Sequence record: NC_002014.1
From: Salmonella phage IKe
Direction: 5' to 3' (one strand)
DNA length: 6,883 bases
Positions 1-6,600 of this stretch are shown in pieces. Position 1 is the first letter of the stretch, and every line of letters starts with the position of its first letter. The translations under genes were made by a program, and so were the position numbers. Under the pieces are notes generated by a model, which saw nothing but the letters and a program-made list of their open reading frames with translations, was not told the origin of the DNA and did no database searches.

Positions 1-6
1 GAATTC

Positions 7-1272
7 ATGATCGACATGCTGGTGTTAAGGATACCTTTTAAAAGCTCTCTTGTGTCGGAGCGTCTTGATTCTAAGGGAAATTATGTTTCCCATGTGAATC
101 TTGCTGAGGTTGCACGACTCTCCGGTCTGACTCTCGCAGCACATACCGTTGAATATGCCATTGATGGTGATTTAACTGTATCCGGCCTTAAGCATCCTTA
201 CGAATCTCTTCCGTCTCATTATGCGGGTATCGCGCTGAAAATTTTTGAGGGCGGTAAAAACTTCGAGCCTTGTGTAGAGTTGAAAGCATCTCCGGCGAAG
301 TTGTTACAAGGTCACAACGTTTTTGGCCCGACTTCCTTTGAATTGTGTGGATTGGAGTTTTTCGGCGCTTTTGCGGCGGCTATGCCTGAACTGTATGACT
401 TGTGCGATGTAACTAATACTGTAGTTGGTCGTATTGACGTTACATTTAGTGCAAAGGTTGCTAACGATCATATTGCTAATCAGGTCATTTCCTTCCTTCG
501 TAATGTTTCTAATGGTCAGACCAAAAAGACTCGCGCCCTTGATTATGAAACCACTGTTATGTGGAACGAAGGGAGTCGCCATCGTACCCTTGTTGCATAT
601 TTGAAACATCATGAGGTACAGGCTCAGATCAAGAGACTACAAAAAAAGAAAAGCTCTCATCTTACGATCTACGAAAAAAATTGCTTGGAAGTATTAAGCA
701 ATCCTGATTTGCAATTATATGCAGTTGGCCTTGTTAGATTTGAGGCTAGACTTCATACACGTTTTTTTGAAAATTTTGGCTTGCCTAGAAAGTTCTTTGA
801 TATAGTTAAATATCAAGATAATTATGAAAGTGGCTCATTTAATTTAATTTGTGACCTGTGGAAAAAATCGTTTAAAGATCTGTTTGATGCCTTTAAAGGT
901 TCTGATATGAATGTTTATGATGATTCTAAAGTTTATGATGCTTTAATAAATAACTTTTCTTCTGTTACTAAATCAGGCAATATTTCTAATTCCAAAGCTA
1001 ACCGTTTATTTGGTTTTTATCGTCGCTTGGTGAATGAAGGTTATGATAATGTAGCTCAAACGATGGAACGCACTACATTCTGGCGCTCTCTAAAGGAATT
1101 AACTTCTGTAGGTTTGTCAAAGGCTCAATTAATGAACCTTTCGACGGATAATAATGTAGTGCCGTTGGTTCAAATGATTAATGTTGATTTTTCTCAGCAA
1201 TATCCTGAATGGTATGTTGAACCGGTATCTATTTTTAATCGTTCTAATGTAGTCAGCATTAACGCTGCTTAA
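7..1272 (+). CDS. II: Gene II protein (pII), replication initiator: site-specific nickase/ligase for rolling-circle replication
   Basis: 421-aa ORF starting MIDMLVLR; N-terminus and long blocks (GHNVFG, SRHRTLVAYLKH, LVRFEAR, FGFYRRLVNEGYD, LMNLS..NNVVPLV..INVDFS) match M13/f1 pII from memory. TAA stop at 1270-1272. Confidence 0.95.
   Translation: MIDMLVLRIPFKSSLVSERLDSKGNYVSHVNLAEVARLSGLTLAAHTVEYAIDGDLTVSGLKHPYESLPSHYAGIALKIFEGGKNFEPCVELKASPAKLLQGHNVFGPTSFELCGLEFFGAFAAAMPELYDLCDVTNTVVGRIDVTFSAKVANDHIANQVISFLRNVSNGQTKKTRALDYETTVMWNEGSRHRTLVAYLKHHEVQAQIKRLQKKKSSHLTIYEKNCLEVLSNPDLQLYAVGLVRFEARLHTRFFENFGLPRKFFDIVKYQDNYESGSFNLICDLWKKSFKDLFDAFKGSDMNVYDDSKVYDALINNFSSVTKSGNISNSKANRLFGFYRRLVNEGYDNVAQTMERTTFWRSLKELTSVGLSKAQLMNLSTDNNVVPLVQMINVDFSQQYPEWYVEPVSIFNRSNVVSINAA
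907..1272 (+). CDS. X: Gene X protein (pX), in-frame internal translation start within gene II, C-terminal 121 aa of pII
   Basis: In-frame ATG at 907 (MNVYDDS), equivalent to the M13 pX start MNIYDDS; AAGG at 896-899 gives a 7-nt spacer. Same stop as gene II. Confidence 0.8.
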   Translation: MNVYDDSKVYDALINNFSSVTKSGNISNSKANRLFGFYRRLVNEGYDNVAQTMERTTFWRSLKELTSVGLSKAQLMNLSTDNNVVPLVQMINVDFSQQYPEWYVEPVSIFNRSNVVSINAA

Positions 1273-1295
1273 TTTAAATAATCGAGAGATATATT

Positions 1296-1562
1296 ATGTT
1301 AACTGTTGAAATTCACGATTCTCAAGTTTCTGTTAAAGAGCGCTCTGGCGTTTCTCAAAAGTCCGGTAAGCCTTATACTATTCGTGAGCAGGAAGCCTAT
1401 ATTGATCTCGGCGGCGTTTATCCTGCGCTGTTTAACTTTAATCTTGAGGACGGTCAGCAACCTTACCCCGCTGGCAAGTACCGTTTACATCCTGCATCTT
1501 TCAAGATTAATAATTTTGGTCAGGTTGCTGTTGGTCGCGTTCTGCTTGAATCGGTTAAATGA
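1296..1562 (+). CDS. V: Gene V protein (pV), ssDNA-binding protein
   Basis: 88-aa ORF (M13 pV is 87 aa). Motifs RSGVS..GKPY, DLG..YP and GxY..H..SFK align to M13 pV. GAGAG at 1284-1288 is 7 nt upstream of the ATG. Confidence 0.93.
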   Translation: MLTVEIHDSQVSVKERSGVSQKSGKPYTIREQEAYIDLGGVYPALFNFNLEDGQQPYPAGKYRLHPASFKINNFGQVAVGRVLLESVK

Positions 1563-1657
1563 GCATGACTAGTGACGATATAATTTATGTTGTATTTGCT
1601 CTTGGCCTTGTTGTTTCATTTGGGTTAGGTGCAATTACTGCTGGAGTGTTCCGATGA
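1559..1657 (+). CDS. VII: Gene VII protein (pVII), minor coat protein at the virion tip assembled first; 32 aa
   Basis: Short hydrophobic ORF (MSMTSDDIIYVVFALGLVVSFGLGAITAGVFR) directly after gene V. Its ATG at 1559-1561 overlaps the gene V TGA stop (1560-1562), the same position and size class as M13 gVII. An alternative start at ATG 1565 is possible. Confidence 0.75.
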   Translation: MSMTSDDIIYVVFALGLVVSFGLGAITAGVFR

Positions 1658-1755
1658 TTGATTATGTTGGTTCTTTCCTCGGTGCATATTTCTTGGGCTT
1701 TGCCCTCTTTTATGGAATTGGTTTTTTCAAATCAATTTCGAATCGTATCATTTAA
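1654..1755 (+). CDS. IX: Gene IX protein (pIX), minor coat protein; 33 aa
   Basis: ATG 1654-1656 overlaps the gene VII TGA (1655-1657) as ATGA. Product MIDYVGSFLGAYFLGFALFYGIGFFKSISNRII is hydrophobic, like M13 pIX. TAA stop at 1753-1755. Confidence 0.75.
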   Translation: MIDYVGSFLGAYFLGFALFYGIGFFKSISNRII

Positions 1756-1765
1756 GGAAAATAAA

Positions 1766-2014
1766 ATGCGTGTTCTCTCTACCGTTTTAGCTGCTAAAAA
1801 CAAAATTGCTCTGGGTGCTGCTACTATGCTGGTTTCTGCTGGTTCCTTCGCTGCTGAACCTAACGCAGCTACTAACTATGCTACCGAAGCAATGGACAGC
1901 CTTAAAACTCAGGCTATTGATCTCATTTCTCAGACTTGGCCTGTTGTAACGACTGTTGTAGTTGCTGGTCTTGTAATTCGCCTCTTTAAGAAGTTCTCTT
2001 CTAAAGCTGTTTAA
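1766..2014 (+). CDS. VIII: Gene VIII protein (pVIII), major coat protein precursor: 29-aa signal peptide plus 53-aa mature protein
   Basis: ATG at 1766 with AAGGA at 1754-1758. Signal peptide MRVLSTVLAAKNKIALGAATMLVSAGSFA, then mature AEPNAATNYATEAMDSLKTQAIDLISQTWPVVTTVVVAGLVIRLFKKFSSKAV, which matches the IKe major coat protein as I recall it. Acidic N-terminus, hydrophobic core and basic C-terminus are typical of pVIII. Confidence 0.95.
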   Translation: MRVLSTVLAAKNKIALGAATMLVSAGSFAAEPNAATNYATEAMDSLKTQAIDLISQTWPVVTTVVVAGLVIRLFKKFSSKAV

Positions 2015-2029
2015 TTTTCAGCGTTATTT

Positions 2030-2057
2030 AAGGGGCGCTATTGCGCCCTTTTTTTTA
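2030..2057 (+). terminator. Rho-independent terminator downstream of gene VIII
   Basis: GC-rich hairpin: aaggggcgc (2030-2038), loop tatt (2039-2042), gcgccctt (2043-2050), running into an 8-T tract (2049-2056). Same position as the strong central terminator of Ff phages. Confidence 0.85.
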
Positions 2058-2081
2058 CTTTAATTCAGCTAAGGCGTAATT

Positions 2082-3386
2082 GTGAAAAGAAAAATAATAG
2101 CAATTTCTTTATTTTTATACATCCCTTTGTCTAATGCTGATAATTGGGAGTCTATTACTAAAAGCTATTACACTGGCTTTGCCATTTCTAAAACTGTTGA
2201 ATCAAAAGATAAGGATGGTAAACCAGTTCGTAAAGAGGTTATAACTCAGGCTGATTTAACTACCGCCTGTAATGATGCTAAAGCCTCCGCACAAAATGTT
2301 TTTAATCAAATCAAGCTAACATTATCTGGTACATGGCCTAATTCTCAGTTTCGCCTTGTAACTGGTGATACCTGCGTTTATAACGGTTCGCCTGGTGAAA
2401 AAACTGAATCTTGGTCTATTCGCGCTCAGGTTGAGGGTGATATACAACGTTCTGTACCAGATGAAGAACCTTCTGAACAAACGCCAGAAGAAATTTGTGA
2501 AGCCAAACCTCCTATTGATGGCGTTTTTAATAACGTCTTTAAGGGTGACGAAGGAGGCTTTTATATTAATTATAATGGCTGTGAATATGAGGCAACTGGC
2601 GTTACTGTTTGCCAGAATGATGGAACTGTCTGTTCCTCCTCCGCTTGGAAGCCAACAGGTTACGTTCCCGAATCTGGAGAACCTTCCTCCTCTCCTCTGA
2701 AAGACGGTGACACTGGCGGTACTGGTGAAGGTGGTTCTGATACTGGCGGTGATACCGGTGGCGGTGATACTGGTGGTGGTTCTACTGGCGGCGATACTGG
2801 CGGTTCTTCTGGTGGCGGTTCGTCTGGTGGCGGTTCGTCTGGTGGATCAACTGGTAAATCACTGACAAAGGAAGATGTAACCGCAGCAATACATGTTGCT
2901 TCCCCTTCTATTGGTGATGCTGTTAAAGATTCTCTTACAGAAGATAATGACCAGTACGACAATCAGAAGAAAGCAGATGAACAATCAGCTAAAGCCTCTG
3001 CTTCTGTATCTGACGCTATCTCTGATGGTATGCGTGGCGTTGGTAATTTCGTTGACGATTTTGGCGGTGAGTCGTCGCAATACGGTACAGGCAATTCTGA
3101 AATGGATCTTTCCGTTAGCCTGGCTAAAGGGCAACTTGGAATTGATCGTGAGGGTCATGGTTCAGCTTGGGAATCTTTTTTAAATGATGGTGCTTTACGT
3201 CCCTCCATTCCTACTGGTCATGGTTGCACTAATTTTGTCATGTATCAGGGTTCTGTTTATCAGATTGAAATTGGCTGTGACAAATTAAATGATATTAAAT
3301 CAGTATTATCTTGGGTTATGTACTGTTTAACATTCTGGTATGTATTCCAGTCTGTTACTTCATTACTTCGTAAAGGTGAACAATAA
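2082..3386 (+). CDS. III: Gene III protein (pIII), minor coat / adsorption protein with signal peptide, receptor-binding N-terminal domains, Gly-rich linker and C-terminal membrane anchor
   Basis: GTG start at 2082 (M13 gIII also starts with GTG) with AAGG at 2071-2074. Signal peptide [19 protein letters not shown]. Gly/Ser/Thr/Asp-rich linker encoded around 2700-2860. Hydrophobic C-terminal anchor [21 protein letters not shown] stop at 3384-3386. Confidence 0.93.
2700..2860 (+). repeat. Gly-rich low-complexity linker of pIII, encoded by short tandem or near-tandem nucleotide repeats
   Basis: Repeated ggtgat/ggcgat-actggYggY units and an exact tandem duplication ggtggcggttcgtct (2811-2825 and 2826-2840), encoding DTGG and SSGGG repeats. 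Confidence 0.6.
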
Positions 3387-3736
3387 TGCCAGCTTTATTG
3401 GGTATACCGGCTTTAATTCGTTTTATTATGGGGCTTGTTCCCATTGCTATTGGTTACTTTGCTAAGTTTCTCGGAATGATAATTACTCGCAATGGGTTAA
3501 TGGCGTCCGCTTTAATTGGCGCTATTCTTTCAGTTGTTTCGTTTTCCATTCAGCTATTGGGTGATGCTTTATCATCTTCGATGGGTGGGATATCTGCTGA
3601 TTTTGGTAATTTAATGTCGTCTGTGTTACCTGATGGCACTACAACCTGTATTACAGTAATTATTACTACTAGAATTGCCGTTTTTGTTTTTGACATTAAA
3701 GATCGTTTACTCGGCATTGCTAATAAGGTTATTTGA
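3386..3736 (+). CDS. VI: Gene VI protein (pVI), minor coat protein at the pIII end of the virion
   Basis: ATG at 3386-3388 overlaps the gene III TAA by 1 nt. 116-aa hydrophobic protein beginning [13 protein letters not shown] (M13 pVI begins MPVLLGIPLLLRF). Confidence 0.88.
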
Positions 3737-3737
3737 T

Positions 3738-4835
3738 ATGGCTGTTTATGTTGTTACAGGTAAATTAGGTGCTGGTAAAACTCTGGTTGCTGTATCACGT
3801 ATTCAGCGCACATTAGCGAAAGGTGGCATTGTTGCCACCAATTTAAATCTTAAACTGCATCATTTTCCTCAAGTTGGAAGATATGCAAAACAATGCCGTG
3901 TTATGCGTATTGCTGATAAGCCAACTCTGGAGGATTTAGAATCTATTGGTCGCGGTAATTTAACTTATGATGAATCAAAGAATGGCTTATTAGTTCTTGA
4001 TGAATGTGGTACTTGGTTTAACTCAAGAAACTGGAGCGATAAATCAAGGCAGCCTGTTATTGATTGGTGTTTACATGCACGTAAATTAGGTTGGGATATT
4101 ATCTTTATTATTCAGGATATTTCTCTGATGGATAAGCAAGCGCGTGATGCTTTGGCTGAGCACGTTGTCTATTGTCGTCGCTTGGATAAATTGAATATAC
4201 CAATCATCGGTGGGTTAATATCTGTATTATCTGGTGGTAGATTACCGTTACCAAAAGTGCATTTTGGTATTGTTAAATATGGTGATAATCCTCAATCTTT
4301 AACTGTCGATAAATGGGTTTATACGGGTACAGATTTATATGCTGCTTATGACACTAAACAGATATTCACCAGTGACCGCGAGATAAGCCCTCCTTACTGC
4401 CCGCTTTCTCCTTATTATACTCATGGTATTTTTTCTGTAAAAAGGGATGCAAAATATTATATGCGCATGACTAAAATCTATTTCAAAAAAATGAATCGCG
4501 TTTTTTTAATGGCCTCTTTTCTTGCTCTTGGTGCTGCCTGTGGCATTTTTTATAAATCTCAAGCCTATTCTAATCAGCTTCAACATATCCAAGACAATTC
4601 TAAAACATCTGTGATCAGCAAAACCGATCAAAGCGCGGAAATATTACCTAGATTATCGATCAACTCATATTCTCAAATGGGTTATGATGTATCTGTTACG
4701 TTTAAAGACGCTAAAGCCAAAATCTATAACTCATTCGATTTGATTAAAGATGGTTATAGAGTGGATATTAAAGATGCGTGCCATGTAACCATTGTTAAGA
4801 AATCATATATACAACAAATTACTTGTGAAGGTTGA
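3738..4835 (+). CDS. I: Gene I protein (pI), inner-membrane assembly ATPase
   Basis: ATG at 3738 (MAVYVVTGKLGAGKTLV; M13 pI begins MAVYFVTGKLGSGKTLV). Walker A motif GKLGAGKT encoded at 3759-3782. Conserved blocks LLVLDECGTWFN, IDWCLHARKLGWDIIF and ALAEHVVYCRRLD. TGA stop at 4833-4835. The ORF-track start at 3675 is an upstream TTG extension. Confidence 0.93.
   Translation: MAVYVVTGKLGAGKTLVAVSRIQRTLAKGGIVATNLNLKLHHFPQVGRYAKQCRVMRIADKPTLEDLESIGRGNLTYDESKNGLLVLDECGTWFNSRNWSDKSRQPVIDWCLHARKLGWDIIFIIQDISLMDKQARDALAEHVVYCRRLDKLNIPIIGGLISVLSGGRLPLPKVHFGIVKYGDNPQSLTVDKWVYTGTDLYAAYDTKQIFTSDREISPPYCPLSPYYTHGIFSVKRDAKYYMRMTKIYFKKMNRVFLMASFLALGAACGIFYKSQAYSNQLQHIQDNSKTSVISKTDQSAEILPRLSINSYSQMGYDVSVTFKDAKAKIYNSFDLIKDGYRVDIKDACHVTIVKKSYIQQITCEG
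4461..4835 (+). CDS. XI: Gene XI protein (pXI), in-frame internal start within gene I; membrane assembly protein
   Basis: In-frame ATG at 4461 (MRMTKIYFKK) corresponds to the M13 pXI start (MKLTKIYLKK), followed by the transmembrane segment FLMASFLALGAACGIF. The SD is weak or distant, so the start is assigned by homology; ATG 4467 is an alternative. Confidence 0.7.
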   Translation: MRMTKIYFKKMNRVFLMASFLALGAACGIFYKSQAYSNQLQHIQDNSKTSVISKTDQSAEILPRLSINSYSQMGYDVSVTFKDAKAKIYNSFDLIKDGYRVDIKDACHVTIVKKSYIQQITCEG

Positions 4836-4837
4836 TT

Positions 4838-6151
4838 ATGAAATTACAGGCTGAAAAGAAATTAATTTTTGGGTATGTTGCTCTCTGTTTCCTTATGACA
4901 TTAGGCATTGCATTTAATGTTCTGGCTGATCCGGTCAATTTAAATAACGCTCCGGTGCGTTCGTTTGTGCAATGGTATTCGCAAAAATCTAATAAAGCTG
5001 TTGTTGTAAATCCTGATGTTAAAGGAAATATTACTGTATTTAATGCAGATGTTAATCAGGCCAATATTGATGATTTCTTTAAGTCTGTTCTTAACGCTAA
5101 TGGCTTTGTTCTTATGGCTGGTGATCCTTCAGGTGTGTCTACTCCGTCAAAGCTGCCTTCTCAACAGACCGATAATGATGATGATTATGAAGATTCCGCG
5201 GATTATGTTCCGGTTGGTGATTCTGTTCCGGTATCTGCCCAACCGCAAAAGCCTTTAGATCTTACCGTTCGCAATTTTAAGTTAACCCGCGTGCGTTCTT
5301 CTGACGTTCTTCCGCTTGCCAAAATCTTTGTCGATTCCAACGGTGGCGGCGATGTTATTGATTACCCAGGCAATAACAGCCTGTTGGTTTCTGGTTCTGC
5401 TGCTATCATGAATGCCCTGGCTGATTTCATTACGTCAATCGACGTTGCCCGTGATCAGGTTCTTATTCAGTCGCTTATGTTTGAAACCAGCTTAGTTAAT
5501 GGCGTGGATCTTTCTTTTGCTGCCGGTTCTGCTTCTGGTGATAAGGTCGCAGGCGGTTTCAATACATCTGCTCTTGGCACTGCACTTTCAACTGCTGGCG
5601 GTTCCTTCGGCATCTTTAACGGTAATGTTTTAGCGTTATCCATTCAGGCGGTAAAAAATGACTCTAATTCAAAAGTTATTTCTACCCCGCGCATCCTGAC
5701 GCAATCAGGTCAGACAGGTTACATCTCTGTAGGTCAAAATGTGCCGTTTGTCACTGGTAAGGTAACGGGTGAGGCTGCAAATGTTAACAACCCTTTCCAG
5801 ACCATTGAGCGCCGCGATGTTGGTGTTTCTCTTAAGGTGACGCCTGTTGTCATGGGTAATGGTCAGCTTGTTCTTACCATTGATACCAAAGCTGACTCCC
5901 TAACCAGTCAAATGACTGCTAGCGACATCATTACTAATCAGCGTCATATGCAAACGACAGTGCAGATAAAAGACGGTCAGACGCTTTTGCTTGGTGGTCT
6001 TATCGATTCCAATACAACTGACGGTAATCGCTCTGTACCTTGGTTTGAAAGCGTACCTGTGATTGGCTGGTTGTTCCGCAGCCATAGTGATTCGCATAAC
6101 GAAAGAACTATGTTTGTTCTCCTTACCGCGCACGTTATTAAGGCGCTTTGA
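4838..6151 (+). CDS. IV: Gene IV protein (pIV), outer-membrane secretin for phage extrusion
   Basis: ATG at 4838 (AAGG at 4827-4830), 3 nt after the gene I stop. N-terminal signal peptide, then blocks matching M13 pIV: LDFSFAAGS, SAGGSFGIFNG, STPRILT, VGQNVPFVTG.VTGE.ANVNNPFQTIER, DGQTLLLGGL. TGA stop at 6149-6151. Confidence 0.93.
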   Translation: MKLQAEKKLIFGYVALCFLMTLGIAFNVLADPVNLNNAPVRSFVQWYSQKSNKAVVVNPDVKGNITVFNADVNQANIDDFFKSVLNANGFVLMAGDPSGVSTPSKLPSQQTDNDDDYEDSADYVPVGDSVPVSAQPQKPLDLTVRNFKLTRVRSSDVLPLAKIFVDSNGGGDVIDYPGNNSLLVSGSAAIMNALADFITSIDVARDQVLIQSLMFETSLVNGVDLSFAAGSASGDKVAGGFNTSALGTALSTAGGSFGIFNGNVLALSIQAVKNDSNSKVISTPRILTQSGQTGYISVGQNVPFVTGKVTGEAANVNNPFQTIERRDVGVSLKVTPVVMGNGQLVLTIDTKADSLTSQMTASDIITNQRHMQTTVQIKDGQTLLLGGLIDSNTTDGNRSVPWFESVPVIGWLFRSHSDSHNERTMFVLLTAHVIKAL

Positions 6152-6340
6152 GGCTGCCGGGTAGGTGCGCTAGCCCTGCCCGTAGACTCTTGCGCCTCTC
6201 CGTGTGCGCGGCTTCGATACAACGTATGTTCCTCGGTTTTCACATCCATAATGGCTGCGGTGCTAACGGCTAGTTAGTACGTGATAATTTTCACGTACTC
6301 CGCCCTTCTCTTTCGGCGTTCTCCGGCGTCGAATCGTCAA
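6152..6340 (+). other. GC-rich noncoding segment at the position of the Ff morphogenetic (packaging) signal; includes a 9-bp-stem hairpin at 6276-6299
   Basis: Lies immediately after gene IV, where the hairpin A packaging signal sits in Ff phages. GC-rich against an AT-rich genome. Perfect inverted repeat agtacgtga (6276-6284) / tcacgtact (6291-6299) with loop taattt. The exact packaging hairpin could not be folded by eye. Confidence 0.3.
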
Positions 6341-6344
6341 ACGC

Positions 6345-6460
6345 TAAATCGTGGGGGCCCCTTTGGGCCGATTTAGTGATTTACGACACTCCATAAATAT
6401 CCTTGTTATGGGTGATGGTTCACGTAGTGGGCCATCGCCTTGTTAGACGTTTTTTTCTTT
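6345..6460 (+). other. Minus-strand (complementary-strand) origin region, the site of RNA-primer synthesis by host RNA polymerase on the ssDNA
   Basis: Strong similarity to the Ff minus-strand origin as I recall it (aaatcg.ggggc.ccctttgggccgatttagtg...). The 30-nt block 6410-6439, gggtgatggttcacgtagtgggccatcgcc, appears identical to M13. Confidence 0.6.
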
Positions 6461-6473
6461 TGGTGATCGATAA

Positions 6474-6550
6474 GCGATTTTGTAGTTTGACGGTCGTAGA
6501 CGAAAGGACGTGGAAGCGGCGATTTTGGATCTGGCAGTCGGCTCGGTCGT
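6474..6550 (+). repeat. Imperfect direct duplication within the inter-origin spacer
   Basis: gcgattttg occurs at 6474-6482 and 6519-6527; cggtcgt occurs at 6491-6497 and 6544-6550. The spacing is consistent with an imperfect duplicated unit of about 45-53 nt. GATC sites at 6465-6468 and 6528-6531. Confidence 0.4.
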
Positions 6551-6553
6551 GGT

Positions 6554-6600
6554 GAGTCCACTATGTTTAATAGTGGACTCTTGTTGCATTTTGCAACGTG
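6554..6600 (+). other. Plus-strand replication origin core: pII nick-site hairpin and adjacent pII-binding hairpin
   Basis: Perfect 11-bp inverted repeat gagtccactat (6554-6564) / atagtggactc (6570-6580) with loop gttta, homologous to the M13 nick hairpin (gagtccacgttctttaatagtggactc). By analogy, the nick is between T6568 and A6569. Second hairpin gttgca-ttt-tgcaac at 6583-6597, at the position of Ff hairpin E. Confidence 0.8.

Noticed and set aside
1-6. EcoRI site at the very start of the window as a possible cloning-vector junction
   Set aside because: No vector-like sequence at either end. Both ends are phage sequence that join sensibly on a circle. More likely the coordinate origin chosen at a unique restriction site.
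304-612. 102-aa ORF on the minus strand inside gene II
   Set aside because: Lies entirely antisense to a well-supported, conserved gene. No RBS and no recognizable protein features. Typical chance ORF in an alternate frame.
1306-1572. 88-aa ORF in an alternate + frame overlapping gene V
   Set aside because: Starts at TTG. The product is a low-complexity Leu/Ile-rich string caused by the T-rich codon third positions of gene V. Gene V itself has clear homology and an SD.
1658-1765. Upstream TTG-initiated extension of the gene VIII ORF (track ORF 1658-2014)
   Set aside because: The segment is occupied by gene IX in another frame. Gene VIII has a proper ATG at 1766 with an AAGGA SD and a signal peptide starting there.
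2365-2700. 111-aa ORF in an alternate + frame within gene III
   Set aside because: Out-of-frame overlap with a conserved gene; no SD, no recognizable motifs.
2700-2860. Short tandem repeats considered as a possible CRISPR array or minisatellite
   Set aside because: The units are 6-15 nt, in frame, and encode the pIII Gly-rich linker. There is no repeat-spacer architecture.
2660-2962. 100-aa Pro-rich ORF on the minus strand opposite the gene III Gly-rich linker
   Set aside because: The PPDEPPP repeats are simply the reverse-complement reading of GGY/GAY repeat codons. A compositional artefact.
2893-3183. 96-aa ORF in an alternate + frame within gene III
   Set aside because: Out-of-frame overlap with a conserved gene; hydrophobic low-complexity translation without start signals.
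3675-3737. Upstream extension of gene I to a start at 3675
   Set aside because: The extension overlaps the gene VI 3' end and begins at a non-ATG codon. Homology to M13 pI begins exactly at ATG 3738 (MAVYVVTGKLG).
5016-5258. 80-aa ORF in an alternate + frame within gene IV
   Set aside because: Out-of-frame overlap with the secretin gene; Leu/Ile/Met-rich artefact.
5900-6133. 77-aa ORF on the minus strand within gene IV
   Set aside because: Antisense to the conserved secretin C-terminus; no SD; no features.
5977-6249. 90-aa ORF on the minus strand spanning the gene IV 3' end and the GC-rich intergenic segment
   Set aside because: Mostly antisense to gene IV, with the remainder in the GC-rich structured region where stop codons are rare by composition. 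No RBS seen. Kept separate from the 6601-6798 antisense ORF, which lies in AT-rich noncoding DNA and has an SD.
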